DNA of 64,000 nucleotides, taken from assembly GCA_963837955.1 (NCBI GenBank), contig CAWIPH010000002.1:4160001-4224000 (forward strand), written 5' to 3'. This document shows positions 25,871-36,549 of the stretch, piece by piece; the stretch's first letter is position 1, and every line of letters begins with the position of its first letter. The notes beneath the pieces were generated by a model that saw only the letters and a program-made list of their open reading frames with translations, did not search any database and was not told the origin of the DNA. The translations under genes and the position numbers were made by a program. The stretch is from an uncultured Verrucomicrobiae bacterium (GTDB taxonomy: Bacteria > Verrucomicrobiota > Verrucomicrobiia > Chthoniobacterales > JAFAMB01).

Positions 25871-27385
25871 ATGGCCCGAAAGGTTGTTTCATCCCTTCAC
25901 CAGCAGCGAGTCCGCACCGCCGTCAATGTCGCTCTGCAGATCTCACTCGCGGTGTTGATCGTCTTGATGTTGAACTATCTGAGCTTCAATCGATTCGCTC
26001 GCTGGGATCTTTCCCGAAATAGCAAATACGCGCTCTCCGGGCTTACCCGAAAGTTTCTTGGTTCGTTAAAAAAGGAGGTAAAAGCCTATATCTTCTTTTC
26101 CAGTACGGCCACGAAGTCACCCGGCGCCGAGCTGTATAATGACGTTGAGACCATCCTTAAAGAATACGAGTACGCTGGAAAACGGCATATCCGGGTGGAA
26201 ACCGTTGATCCCTATCGCGACATCGCTCGGGCGAGAGAACTGCAAGAAAAATTCCGGTTTGGAAGTAGTGACAATATCATCATCTTGGATTGCGAAGGTC
26301 GACAGAAGACGATCCGAGCCATAGATCTTGCTGACTACGGTTCCTCCGGGATGTTTGATGATAACCAGGCTCCGGAAATCAAAGACTTCAAAGGCGAGCA
26401 GGTACTGACCAGTGCACTGATCGAACTAGTTCAAGATAAAACGCCCAAGGTTGGCATGATTAGCGGCCACGGCGAGGCATCTTTCAATGATGATCCAGCC
26501 CTCGGCCGTTTCCGCGATTTACTCCAAGGTGCCCATCTTCAGCTCGAAAAGATTAGCCTGAGCGACCTCGACAGAATCCCCTCCGACTACGCCGTAGTGA
26601 TGCTAGCCGGTCCGCAATACGACCTGACTGCTCGTGAGGTGGAACTGCTTCGAAGATTTTGGAACGAAGACGGGCGTCTGTTTGTGCTGCTAAACGGGCG
26701 TGCCAAGACACCGACACTCGATACATTCTTGGAAGAACTAGGACTCCATCCAGACGACGATCTCATCGTCACGAGCGTAAAAACTGGAATTCAGGAGGAA
26801 GCCATTACTCTCGACGTTTATGCTCAAGTATTGGGGAGTGCCAAATTTCTCAAATCACTTAATCAGGTGGTCGCCTATTTCCCGGCGGGAAGCCGATCGA
26901 TTGGTTCTGACGAACAAAGGCTGAAGCAACTCGGCATCAGCGCGTCTCAGCTGTTAACGCCAGCTGTATCCACTTATTGGGGTGAGAAAGAAGACTTTCT
27001 CCACTCCAATAGCGATCCCATCTTTCATCAAGGCACAGATCTTTCGCCACCACTCTTTCTGGGTTGGGCCTTGGAAAAAGGCTCGATCGAAGATCAGCGA
27101 GTCCAAGTTCGCTCCTCGTCTCGCTTAGTCTTGATTGGGAATAGCGATTTCATTCGAGACGAATCGTTGACTCGCGCAGCTCCCGATGTCGATTTCCTTC
27201 TGTTATGCGTAAACTGGTTAACCGATCGAGAGCAGCTACTCGCCATTGCGCCAAAAACACCTCATGCCTACATGTTGGATTTGAGGCCGATTCAGATGGA
27301 ACGCATTTTGTTCCTCACGGTCATCGGCATTCCGCTGTTGGTCGCCATGCTTGGCATCGCGGTTTGGGCTGTTAGGCGGCGATAA
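25871..27385 (+). CDS. GldG-like ABC auxiliary component
   Basis: RWDLSRNSKYALS, GHGE, GNSDF, NWLTDRE, terminal TM + RRR. Confidence 0.88.
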   Translation: MARKVVSSLHQQRVRTAVNVALQISLAVLIVLMLNYLSFNRFARWDLSRNSKYALSGLTRKFLGSLKKEVKAYIFFSSTATKSPGAELYNDVETILKEYEYAGKRHIRVETVDPYRDIARARELQEKFRFGSSDNIIILDCEGRQKTIRAIDLADYGSSGMFDDNQAPEIKDFKGEQVLTSALIELVQDKTPKVGMISGHGEASFNDDPALGRFRDLLQGAHLQLEKISLSDLDRIPSDYAVVMLAGPQYDLTAREVELLRRFWNEDGRLFVLLNGRAKTPTLDTFLEELGLHPDDDLIVTSVKTGIQEEAITLDVYAQVLGSAKFLKSLNQVVAYFPAGSRSIGSDEQRLKQLGISASQLLTPAVSTYWGEKEDFLHSNSDPIFHQGTDLSPPLFLGWALEKGSIEDQRVQVRSSSRLVLIGNSDFIRDESLTRAAPDVDFLLLCVNWLTDREQLLAIAPKTPHAYMLDLRPIQMERILFLTVIGIPLLVAMLGIAVWAVRRR

Positions 27386-27388
27386 ACG

Positions 27389-29140
27389 ATGATGAACGTG
27401 CGGAGCACCCTCGCGCTGCTGGTAATAGCCATCGGCCTCGGCGTTTTCATTTGGATTCTCGACCGCCGCAGTCCGAGCACTCGCGAGGAACGAACCGGAT
27501 ATATCGTTGATCTTGATCGCAACGATGTAACCAACGTTGAAATCACCAACGAAAACGCGAAAACAGTCCTAAATAAGACCCCGACGGGTTGGCAAATCGT
27601 CGCACCGGTAAACGATCGGGCTGATGTCCGGGCCATGGACTCGCTCCTCGACAATATCCAGTTCCTTCGCCGAGACGATACCATTTCGAACCTCGGCAAA
27701 AGGGAGGAAAAGCAGAAACATCTCAAGGAATTTGGCTTGCTGAAACCGCGTCTCAAACTTGCCTGGAAAACCAAGAATCGTCATTTTGCCATCGAGTTCG
27801 GTGCTGACGCGGCGGTCGAAGGAACCTGCTACGTCCGAACCGAAGGGAATGATAAGGTTTTTGTCACTAGCAACGAGTTAAAAGGTCTGATCTCAAAACG
27901 CTCGGACGCGTTTCGCGATCACCAAATCACGCCTTTTCTTACGGCTCAGATCGATCGGATGGTTGTGCATCAGAGCGGTGGCGATATCGAACTAGTTCGG
28001 CAACAAAACGGCTGGCAAATCGTGCGACCGATCAAAGCACGAGCTGACGATGACGCCGTCAACGCCGACCTCGAGAAGATTAATGCGACGCCGATTTTGG
28101 ACTTCGCTGAGGGCGAAAAGATACCGAATGCCGAGACCGACAGCTCTGGCCATTCGATCTCTCTGTTTTCAGGCGAGGAAAAAGTAGAAATTTTCTGCGG
28201 CTCACCTGTCCCAAATCAACCAGGTAAAATTTACGTCCGTGTTGCCTCGCGTCCGTCGCTGCTTCTGGTCAACGATTCCTTCGCTCGGGCCATCGACGTA
28301 AAGCCCAATCAGCTCAGGGACCGAAAAATTGCCAGGCTTAATTCGGACGTCATAGATCATGTCAGGATTGATCAAACTGGAACCCCCAGCGTCTTTCTGG
28401 CCCGCCGCGAAGATCATTGGGAAATTGTTAGCGAACAAAATGCGCCAGCAAATACCGAAATGGTAAATCAACTGATTGCCACCCTCAACGGCACCAACGT
28501 CCAGGAATTTGTATCTGATACAGCCACCGATCTCAGCCGGTACGGACTCGACGCACCCCCTTTGCGGATCGGATTTAGTTCCTACGCATCGGACAATACG
28601 GCGGAAAGCGGCGCTGGCGAAGAGCCTATCGCTACTCTGGCAGTCGGGAAGTTGGACAAGAGCGCGTATTACGCTCGGATCGAAGATGAGCCCTATGTTT
28701 TTTCGATTTCCGAGCAAATCATCAATACGTTGCCAACCCATGACTATAACTTCCGGTCGCTTGATGCTCTAACGCTTCAACGCAGTGACTTAGCATCGGT
28801 CGAGGTAGAGAACGGCCAGGATAAGACCGAGCTAGTTCGCGATGAGCAAGGAAGGTGGTTGGTTAAAGGAAAAACCGAGGATGAAGCGGCGTTGCAGACG
28901 TTTCTCAATTCCATCACCCAACTTCGTGCGGCCGCCTGGGTCGGCCCGTCCCAGCCTGCTTACGGATTAGATCATCCAGTTGAAACGATCCAAATCCGAA
29001 CTAAGACCGCGGAATTGGTGTTGCAAATCGGAGGAACTAACGAACGAGGAGACCGGTACGCGACGCTCTCGAACCGAACTGGAACTTTCCTCATTGGGGC
29101 ACAGGATTATCTGCAGCTTAGCGCAAGGTTGACGAAATAG
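27389..29140 (+). CDS. DUF4340 repeat-containing protein
   Basis: N-terminal anchor, three repeats with W.IV.P..RAD / (F/Y)GL..P; usual position after GldG-like genes. Confidence 0.85.
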   Translation: MMNVRSTLALLVIAIGLGVFIWILDRRSPSTREERTGYIVDLDRNDVTNVEITNENAKTVLNKTPTGWQIVAPVNDRADVRAMDSLLDNIQFLRRDDTISNLGKREEKQKHLKEFGLLKPRLKLAWKTKNRHFAIEFGADAAVEGTCYVRTEGNDKVFVTSNELKGLISKRSDAFRDHQITPFLTAQIDRMVVHQSGGDIELVRQQNGWQIVRPIKARADDDAVNADLEKINATPILDFAEGEKIPNAETDSSGHSISLFSGEEKVEIFCGSPVPNQPGKIYVRVASRPSLLLVNDSFARAIDVKPNQLRDRKIARLNSDVIDHVRIDQTGTPSVFLARREDHWEIVSEQNAPANTEMVNQLIATLNGTNVQEFVSDTATDLSRYGLDAPPLRIGFSSYASDNTAESGAGEEPIATLAVGKLDKSAYYARIEDEPYVFSISEQIINTLPTHDYNFRSLDALTLQRSDLASVEVENGQDKTELVRDEQGRWLVKGKTEDEAALQTFLNSITQLRAAAWVGPSQPAYGLDHPVETIQIRTKTAELVLQIGGTNERGDRYATLSNRTGTFLIGAQDYLQLSARLTK

Positions 29141-29885
29141 AAGGAATGACCTTGGAGCGGCTCTGGCTTGCGACCTCCGGCCGTCGACTTTCCATCACGC
29201 TTCCAGCGTAGTAAATCGCGACAATCCCACCGCTCAAACTCCGCAGCTTCGCATCTTGAAAGCCGGTGCCGTGCAATAATTCCAACATCGCCGTTCCGCG
29301 AGGAAAGCGCTCGATGCTTTCGCCCAAATACTGGTAAGCCGCCGGATGCCCAGTGATCAATCCAGCCAATCGAGGTAGCACAAAATGGAGGTAGAATCGG
29401 TAAAACGGTCGGAGCGGACCAGCAGGTAACGAAAAATCAAGGATAACCACATGGCCTCCCGGTCGCAAAATCCGAGAGATTTCTTTCAAAGCATGCTCAA
29501 GCGATTCCATGTTTCGTAAGCCGAAAGCGATGGTCACAACGTCAAACGCCGCGTTGGCAAAAGGTAAGGCCATACCGTCGGCCACGACCAAATTATGCAA
29601 CCCGCGTTTCTTCGCGATCTGCAGCATCGGCCCGCAAAAGTCTGCGCAAACCAAGTAAGCTTCGGGATTCTGCCGCTCAAGTTCTTCGGCCAGAATTCCA
29701 CTTCCGGTGGCGAGGTCCAGGATACGGCGGGGCTGCCAGCCCGCTACCAGACGGCCGACGACCCGCCGCCAGTAGTGGTCTATCCCCAAGCTAAGGATCT
29801 GATTCGCCCGATCGTAGCGCGCAGCAACCCGCCCGAACATCTCTCGGATAGACAATGGATCTGCGGCAGAGAAATCTGTCTGCAT
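29118..29885 (-). CDS. ubiE: Ubiquinone/menaquinone biosynthesis C-methyltransferase
   Basis: MFGRVAARYDRAN..LSLGID..WR; LDLATGSG; FGLRN; YLGESI. Confidence 0.92.
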   Translation of the reverse strand: MQTDFSAADPLSIREMFGRVAARYDRANQILSLGIDHYWRRVVGRLVAGWQPRRILDLATGSGILAEELERQNPEAYLVCADFCGPMLQIAKKRGLHNLVVADGMALPFANAAFDVVTIAFGLRNMESLEHALKEISRILRPGGHVVILDFSLPAGPLRPFYRFYLHFVLPRLAGLITGHPAAYQYLGESIERFPRGTAMLELLHGTGFQDAKLRSLSGGIVAIYYAGSVMESRRPEVASQSRSKVIPSISSTLR

Positions 29886-29894
29886 GGAACCTAT

Positions 29895-29976
29895 TGCTCA
29901 CGAGAGGACTCGAACCTCCACGGGTTTCCCCATACGGTCCTGAGCCGTACGCGTCTGCCAATTCCGCCACGTGAGC
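29895..29976 (-). tRNA. tRNA-Leu(CAG)
   Basis: GCTCACG/CGTGAGC acceptor stem, TGGCGGAATTGGCAGACGCG D-arm, TACGG-CTCAGGA-CCGTA anticodon arm, long variable arm, GGTTCGAGTCC T-loop; CCA not encoded. Confidence 0.96.
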
Positions 29977-30107
29977 GCTTTGGAGTTGAGATCATAGAAC
30001 CCTTCGGGCTCCATGACAAATGACAAATAGCCCCGGAAACCATTCCCGCGGCCGCGATATGACGCGAGGCGCGACGCCACCTTCGTCATTCGGCCTGAAG
30101 GTCCGGC

Positions 30108-31202
30108 CTAGCTCAATCGCATCGGCATAAGGACGTACAGGAAGGGACCCGAAATCTTGATCACTCCCGGGCTCATTTCATCAATAAGATCCAGGTAGAT
30201 TTCGTCCTCCGAGAGATTTCGAAGGGGTGCCATTAGGAATTCGGGGTTAAAAGCGATTGAGAAATCCTTCCCTTTATACATGACGGGTAGCGATTCCTTA
30301 GCCTCGCCGACGTCTGGCGTATTCGCCACGATGTCGATGTTACCTTTTGTGAATATCAGTTTTACCGAATTCGACTTTTCACTCGCGAGCAGTGAAACCC
30401 GACGAGCGGCATTCAAGAAGGTCTCTCGCTCGAGCGTGACGCGCTCTTTGGCTTCATTCGGGATAACTTGCCGATAGTTTGGATAATTCCCTTCGATCAG
30501 CTTGGAAACCAGGAAAGAATCGTTGAGTTCGAACGCTATTTGGTTATCTCCGACACTGACCTTCATTTCTCCGTCTTCCTTCAGCAGTCGTTGCAACTCG
30601 ATCACGGCCTTAGTTGGAACAATCAGATCGACTTCCTGGCTCTTGGGAAATTCGAGATCGAGATCTACCAGAGCCAACCTGCGTCCGTCAGTCGCAACTA
30701 GCGTTAGCATATTTTCTTTGAACGAAAACAGAATTCCATTGAGCACATAGCGCGTCTCGTCAGTTGAGATCGCATAAGAGGTCTTCTTCAGGCCGTCCTT
30801 GAGAGATTTTTGAGAGATGGTAAACACCCTCGCATCTTCAAATCGAGCCAAGGGGGGGAATTCTTCTTCCGGCAGCCCGAGGATTTTGAAGTAGCTCGAG
30901 CCGCTGCGAATCGACGCCAGATTCTTTGTGTCCACGTCAAAGTAAATCTCGGATGCGGGCAACTCTCGCACGATCGAAAACAACCGCCGCGCGGGTAAGG
31001 TCGTTGCTCCGGTTCGTTCGACTTGTGCTTCTACACTTCCCTGAACACCCACGTCCAAGTCAGTCGTGGTCAGCCGGATTTTTCCTTCGGCTGCTTGAAG
31101 CAAGACATTGGACAGAATGGGCAGGGTAGTTCTGGTGCTGACCACATTCTGCACCGTTGATAGACCTTCAAGCAGCTTGTCCTTACTGACACTAAATTTC
31201 AT
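30108..31202 (-). CDS. dnaN: DNA polymerase III beta clamp
   Basis: TTLPILSNVLL, STDETRYVLNG, VATDGRRL, LIEGNYPNY, VLMPMR. Confidence 0.97.
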   Translation of the reverse strand: MKFSVSKDKLLEGLSTVQNVVSTRTTLPILSNVLLQAAEGKIRLTTTDLDVGVQGSVEAQVERTGATTLPARRLFSIVRELPASEIYFDVDTKNLASIRSGSSYFKILGLPEEEFPPLARFEDARVFTISQKSLKDGLKKTSYAISTDETRYVLNGILFSFKENMLTLVATDGRRLALVDLDLEFPKSQEVDLIVPTKAVIELQRLLKEDGEMKVSVGDNQIAFELNDSFLVSKLIEGNYPNYRQVIPNEAKERVTLERETFLNAARRVSLLASEKSNSVKLIFTKGNIDIVANTPDVGEAKESLPVMYKGKDFSIAFNPEFLMAPLRNLSEDEIYLDLIDEMSPGVIKISGPFLYVLMPMRLS

Positions 31203-31652
31203 GGTGTGGGGATATAAAATCATGTGCCCCTTCGCTCCGCAAGTCACTCAGAGGAGGGCAAAAACGAACGTCAAGAGAATTCGACCAGTGAATCACCTTT
31301 CGCTGCTTAAATAAAATCTTTCTTTCGGTCAATGATTGCGTTGCAAACCTATGAGATTTCTTACTGGTGCTTTGCACTGCTCACAATGGTAGGGCGAAAA
31401 ACATCGGGGCGCTATAATAGTTGCGATGTCTGTTTCCCAGTTTTTGAGCCAAGCGACCCACTTCGATCGGTTCGCCCCATGTATTTTGTCTGAACCGTCG
31501 GGCAAAATAGAACCGATGATTTGAACACCAGCGGCTCCCGATTTCCGCTATGGCTGAGCGACGGCGGAACCGGTCCAGGCCCTACCGGCACGGGTGATGT
31601 TTGCGCAAAATTGGCAGCAGCGCTCCTCTGCGGGGGACGGGGTGGTAGTACA

Positions 31653-33020
31653 TTAGCGCTCGAGTTGGCTATCGAGCAGAAAGACCAACTGCCGGACCTG
31701 ATCTTCCTTAGTCATGCGCTCTTTAACGGTTTTGCAAGCATGCAACACGGTACCGTGGTCACGGCCACCAAACGCATCTCCGATCTCGTTCAGCGAAGCC
31801 TTGGTATGCCGTCGGGCGAGATACATCGCAACCTGGCGAGGAAACGCGATGTTCGCCGGACGTCGTTTACTCGTCATGTCGGCCAGCCTCACGTCGAAAT
31901 GCTCAGCAACTTTCCGCTGGATCTGGTCGATAGTCACCGTCTTCCTAGCTTCTTCCTGCAGAATGTCCCGCAAGAGGTGCTCAACCGCATCCCGGGACAC
32001 CTCACGTCCGCTCAAGGATGCGAACGAGGCAACGCGCATTAGTGCACCCTCTAACCGGCGAACGTTTGTCCGAACGCGCTGCGCCAGAAACTCAAGGATG
32101 TCGGGTGCAAGCTGAACGTGCAACGATTGCGCTTTCTTTCGCAAGATAGCCATCCGGGTTTCGATATCCGGGGGTTGTAGTTCAGCCGTCAAACCCCACT
32201 CAAATCGCGAAACCAATCGATGCTCAAGGTTGGAGATCTCACTGGCCGGGCGATCGCTCGACAAAACGATCTGTTTGCGTCCGTCGAATAGCGTATTGAA
32301 AGTGTGAAAGAATTCCTCTTGGGAGCGCTCCTTGCCGGCTAAAAAATGGATGTCGTCGATAAGCAAAAGGTCTGCCTGACGGTATCGTTTTCGAAATTTG
32401 ACGAGCGTATTGTGCTGAATCGCGTCGATGAACTCGTTCGTAAACCGTTCACTCGAGAGGTACATGACCTTAAAACCCTTCTTCCGGTCCGTCACGTGCT
32501 GTCCAATCGCCTGCATCAGGTGCGTCTTGCCCAGTCCCACCCCTCCATAAATGAAAAGAGGATTATACGTCTTCGCCGGCGACTGAGCCACGGCAAGACC
32601 AGCGGCGTGGGCAAACTGATTATTTGAGCCGACGACGAAGGTGTCGAAGGTGTTCCGGGGGTTCATCCCGTGGACGGCAGCACCCTCGGCCTCTTTTTCT
32701 GAGGTCTTGGCCGGCGGCAGGTCTTCCGCCTTCGGTTCCGGATCGGGAGCGAGGACTTTCGCCTTATCTTGGTCCGCCACCCGAAACTTGATTTCCCGAG
32801 GTCCAGCCAGGACCGCTAATGTCGCAGATTGCACCAGGGGCAGATAATTACTTTCAATCCAGAGCTGATGGATCGTGTTTGGTACCTGAAAGGTGAGCAT
32901 GCATTCGTCCGTTTGGACCAGCTCGATCTCGGAAAACCAACGATTAAACGCGTCAGTGCTGACGTGAGGCCGGATATTGCCCGCGATCTCTTCCCAAATG
33001 CCCCGGAAGCTTTGTTCCAT
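31653..33020 (-). CDS. dnaA: Chromosomal replication initiator
   Basis: YNPLFIYGGVGLGKTHL, QEEFFHTFN, NVRRLEGAL, GGRDHGTVLHA; start 33020 (alternative 33044). Confidence 0.97.
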   Translation of the reverse strand: MEQSFRGIWEEIAGNIRPHVSTDAFNRWFSEIELVQTDECMLTFQVPNTIHQLWIESNYLPLVQSATLAVLAGPREIKFRVADQDKAKVLAPDPEPKAEDLPPAKTSEKEAEGAAVHGMNPRNTFDTFVVGSNNQFAHAAGLAVAQSPAKTYNPLFIYGGVGLGKTHLMQAIGQHVTDRKKGFKVMYLSSERFTNEFIDAIQHNTLVKFRKRYRQADLLLIDDIHFLAGKERSQEEFFHTFNTLFDGRKQIVLSSDRPASEISNLEHRLVSRFEWGLTAELQPPDIETRMAILRKKAQSLHVQLAPDILEFLAQRVRTNVRRLEGALMRVASFASLSGREVSRDAVEHLLRDILQEEARKTVTIDQIQRKVAEHFDVRLADMTSKRRPANIAFPRQVAMYLARRHTKASLNEIGDAFGGRDHGTVLHACKTVKERMTKEDQVRQLVFLLDSQLER

Positions 33021-33410
33021 AGTCACATTATCCACAGTTTGCATGCAGCCAGTGATGTTTTATTCGCAGTGTCGCCCACATCCCCTGTCCCGAAACGGAT
33101 TCGCTTTCCAGGTAGCCACTAGATGAAAAAACAAGAACAGAAAGCGATCGAATTTGCCGCGGGTCAAGGAATTACAATCGTCAAGCAGGCCTACATCTAA
33201 ATCGCACTCGGTTCATCGTGATGAGTTCGTCGCCAATATGCCGCCTGGCATGTCCACGGAACCACAATTTGCCCAACATAATTTGTTCACAAGTTATTCA
33301 CAATGACCCGCCTTTTTCCCGTCGAGCGTCGAGGAGAATAAAGAAGAGTCGGCCTTAGCGGCAAGCAAAAACTGGATTCACCCATTAATAAATTCTGCCG
33401 CCGCCTGAAC
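33021..33410. other. DnaA-box cluster upstream of dnaA; probable oriC part / dnaA promoter
   Basis: TTATCCACA 33028-33036, TTATTCGCA 33060-33068, TTGTTCACA 33283-33291, TTATTCACA 33294-33302. Confidence 0.7.
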
Positions 33411-33413
33411 TCT

Positions 33414-35123
33414 TTACTTGACGGCAGCAGAACTCACATCTTCCCCACCCAAACCTACCTGTTGGACCGCCTGTAAGTGTCTTTCGCTCCGCAACATCTG
33501 TCCGTGCGGAGTCTTAAAGCTTATACTTACAAGAAAGCAGACAACACATCCGATAAACACCCACCAAGGCCAGGCAATGGCAGGCCAACTCGCAGGAAGC
33601 CAGCCACCGAGATTCCAATCGATCCAGCGAATTTGTCTATGAACCAATAAATTAACTATATCCAGGCCTGGTAATTTTACTCTAGCCGCGACTAATACTG
33701 CCAAAATAGCTAATAACATTGCGACAATGTTAGTTCGATCGCTTCCCCGACCTTTGGTTAACATCCCGACCAGGAACACGCCGAGTAACGCTCCGTAGGT
33801 ATAGCCAACAATTTGAAAAACGATCGCAATGATGGTGAGCTTGGGATCGATCATCACCGCAGCGGCTGTCGCCATCGCCACCACAATGATCAATCCGGCG
33901 AACATCACGGTAGAGATCCGCGCGGCCCAGATGGCCGTTCTTTGCGAATCGCGATGCGGGAAATACGGGAGGAAGAAATCTTTCGTAAAGCTCGTCGCCA
34001 GAGCATTTAACGCCGCGGACGTCGATCCCATCATCGTAGCAAAAACCCCAGCCACGATGAGTCCACGCAGGCCCACCGGCATTTGCGTAATGATGTAGTA
34101 TGCGAAGACCTCATTATCAGCGACCGGCAAATTGGGATCGGGACGGACTTTATAAAAGACCGACAAAAGGATGCCCACTAACAGGAAGCTGGTCGCAATC
34201 GGCAAATCGGCAAGCCCGCTCATGATGAGAGACAGCCGCGACTTCCTGAAATTAGTGGCAGTTAACATCCTCTGGACCATGTCTTGATCGGTTCCATGAG
34301 TGGACATGGTAAGAAAGGTGGAAGCAATTAGGGCAGAAGCGATAGTATAAGGTTCTTCTAACAAATGTTTGATAGCCTTCCAAAAACCGCTTCCAGGATC
34401 GAAACCAATTTGGAAGAAAGGGGGGATACCACCCAGCTCCCGGCTAACGGTCGCGGCTCCTCCCGGGATATGGCTAACAATTAGCCATATGGCGATTAAA
34501 ACAGAACTAACCATGAGACAGGCTTGGATCATGTCAGTCCAAACGACCGCCTTAATGCCGCCCACCGTAGTGTAGACAGTGGTTAGTACAGTAACAAACA
34601 GAATCCCCCAGAAGTAGATCCAGAGATCGATCGGCGCATTGGGAAACAGATATTCCCAGAGGACCTTGATAATTACCCCCCCAAGATAGATGCGCGCGCC
34701 GATACTCAGCACTCGCGTAAAAAGAAACAATCCACTAGCGAGGTTTTTGGTAAGCGGACCGAATCGGATGTCTAAGAACTCGTAAATGCTTTGAACTCCA
34801 TAACGGTAGTAGGGACGGATAAATGTAAATGCGATGATAACCCGAGCCAGAACTGTCCCGATCGCTAACTGACCGTAAATGAAGCTGCGCGTTTTAAAGC
34901 CTTCCGTCGGCGCTCCCAAAAAGGTCGCAGCGCTGGTTTCGGCCGCGATGATTGAGGCGAGCACCGCCCACCAGGGGATCGAGCGGCCGCCGAGAGCAAA
35001 TTCGCTAAGGGTTCGGTTGCGCCGACCTGCCCATAGACCAATCCCGACGATACCAAAAAAATAGACGCACAGGACCATGAGATCGATCGCCGCCGCGCCA
35101 AGATCGTGAGGAGAGTTTGGCAT
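33414..35123 (-). CDS. Sodium:solute symporter family protein
   Basis: GGRSIPWWAV..AETSAATFLG; GGIKAVVWTD; GTDQDMVQRML. Confidence 0.93.
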   Translation of the reverse strand: MPNSPHDLGAAAIDLMVLCVYFFGIVGIGLWAGRRNRTLSEFALGGRSIPWWAVLASIIAAETSAATFLGAPTEGFKTRSFIYGQLAIGTVLARVIIAFTFIRPYYRYGVQSIYEFLDIRFGPLTKNLASGLFLFTRVLSIGARIYLGGVIIKVLWEYLFPNAPIDLWIYFWGILFVTVLTTVYTTVGGIKAVVWTDMIQACLMVSSVLIAIWLIVSHIPGGAATVSRELGGIPPFFQIGFDPGSGFWKAIKHLLEEPYTIASALIASTFLTMSTHGTDQDMVQRMLTATNFRKSRLSLIMSGLADLPIATSFLLVGILLSVFYKVRPDPNLPVADNEVFAYYIITQMPVGLRGLIVAGVFATMMGSTSAALNALATSFTKDFFLPYFPHRDSQRTAIWAARISTVMFAGLIIVVAMATAAAVMIDPKLTIIAIVFQIVGYTYGALLGVFLVGMLTKGRGSDRTNIVAMLLAILAVLVAARVKLPGLDIVNLLVHRQIRWIDWNLGGWLPASWPAIAWPWWVFIGCVVCFLVSISFKTPHGQMLRSERHLQAVQQVGLGGEDVSSAAVK

Positions 35124-35132
35124 GCCAGACCG

Positions 35133-36455
35133 TCAAGCAGAGCGGAATGAAGTCACAATCCCTTTGGAGGGTTCTGGAGACAGGTTTTTGACCAGAATCC
35201 TGGAGTTTCGTCCACTTGCTTCGTACTTAGCCCGCCGCTCAGGCGGAAGAATTTCGGCATCTGCTTCCACGAATCCGCCCTTCTGCTGCAAATAAACAAA
35301 AGCCTGCGTAGACAACGCGAATATGCGATCAAAACCGCGTTGCCGAGCGAGACTCTCAACGAACGACATGAGTTTTCTACCCAGACCCTGGTTTTCGCTT
35401 GAACGGCTAACGTAAAGACATGCTAGCTCCGCTATCTTTTGTTCCGGATACGCGTACATGGCGACGCAGCCCACAATATGCCGGTCGATCTCCAGGACCC
35501 AGTAATCATCGATGTCAGCCAAGATCTCTGCCCGGGTCCGACGGATCAATTCTTCGTTTCGAACCGATTGTTGGATCAGGGAGATCACTTCCCGAATATC
35601 TTTTTTATACACTCGGCGAATTTGCTCGTACTCGTTCGAGTAGATCATCGTTCCAATGCCGCCGTTGCTGAAAATTTCCGCCAGCAGTGCTTCGTTTATC
35701 GTGCCGTTCAGTAGATGGACCCTCGGTATCCCGTACTGGCAGGCCTCCGCCGCGTGCTCAAGTTTGGACGCGAGGTTCGGCGGTAGTTGGCTCCGATTCT
35801 TTCTTAATACTTCTTCGACCTCAGCACCGACAACGTGACCGATCCGCTGCCCGTTGAGAACGAGCCCATCATGGGTCGAAAGAAAGATTAATTTGGCAGC
35901 GTGAAGAGCCGAAGCCACTTCCAGCGCAACTAAATCGGAATTGACGCGAAACGTGCGACCTTCACCGTCGAATCCGAGAGGAGGTATAACTGGGACAATC
36001 TGCTCTTTGAGAAAGAGCTCAAGACATCGGGTATCGACCTTCTCAACTTTTCCGGAAAACTGGTAATCAACCCCTCCAATGATGCCGGCTGGATGCGCGA
36101 TAATGCAGTTGGCGTAGGCTGCTCGAAGGTCAACCTGGGTGAGACCCTCCATCACTTCGTTGGTCAGGCGAATCGCCACATTTATCGAGAGTTGCAGCGT
36201 TTGGGCATCAACCACACCGCTTCCATCGGAGTTGGAGACCGGGATATCCTGTTCGGCAGCGGCCCGCTCGATTTGCGAGCCTGCCCCGTGCACAAGTACC
36301 ACCTTAATGTTCAGCGACCGGAGAACCGCTATATCTAGAAGGATGTTCGGGAAATTGTCTGAAGCCAGGATTTCACCGTCGATAGCAATGACGAAGATCT
36401 TATCTCGGAACCGCGTGACATACTGCAGGATACCCCGAAGTTCAGGTAATTTCAT
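35133..36455 (-). CDS. argA: Amino-acid N-acetyltransferase (N-acetylglutamate synthase)
   Basis: AAK domain (VLVHG, EIFSNGGIGTMI) plus GNAT domain (AELACLYV, RNSRIL). Confidence 0.93.
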   Translation of the reverse strand: MKLPELRGILQYVTRFRDKIFVIAIDGEILASDNFPNILLDIAVLRSLNIKVVLVHGAGSQIERAAAEQDIPVSNSDGSGVVDAQTLQLSINVAIRLTNEVMEGLTQVDLRAAYANCIIAHPAGIIGGVDYQFSGKVEKVDTRCLELFLKEQIVPVIPPLGFDGEGRTFRVNSDLVALEVASALHAAKLIFLSTHDGLVLNGQRIGHVVGAEVEEVLRKNRSQLPPNLASKLEHAAEACQYGIPRVHLLNGTINEALLAEIFSNGGIGTMIYSNEYEQIRRVYKKDIREVISLIQQSVRNEELIRRTRAEILADIDDYWVLEIDRHIVGCVAMYAYPEQKIAELACLYVSRSSENQGLGRKLMSFVESLARQRGFDRIFALSTQAFVYLQQKGGFVEADAEILPPERRAKYEASGRNSRILVKNLSPEPSKGIVTSFRSA

Positions 36456-36549
36456 TGGTTAGCCACAAACAACTGCGAGCTTAAATACTCGTAGAACACG
36501 TGGCAAGTTAACCGGTTTTTTCTCCTGATGCACGGTGTCGCCAGCTTTC

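Noticed and set aside
29895..29976. tRNA as integration site of a mobile element
   Set aside because: No integrase and no duplicated tRNA 3' end seen in the window
31521..31650. SRP RNA or other ncRNA between dnaA and dnaN
   Set aside because: Lacks the conserved CAGG..GGAA..AGCAG SRP core; no convincing structure
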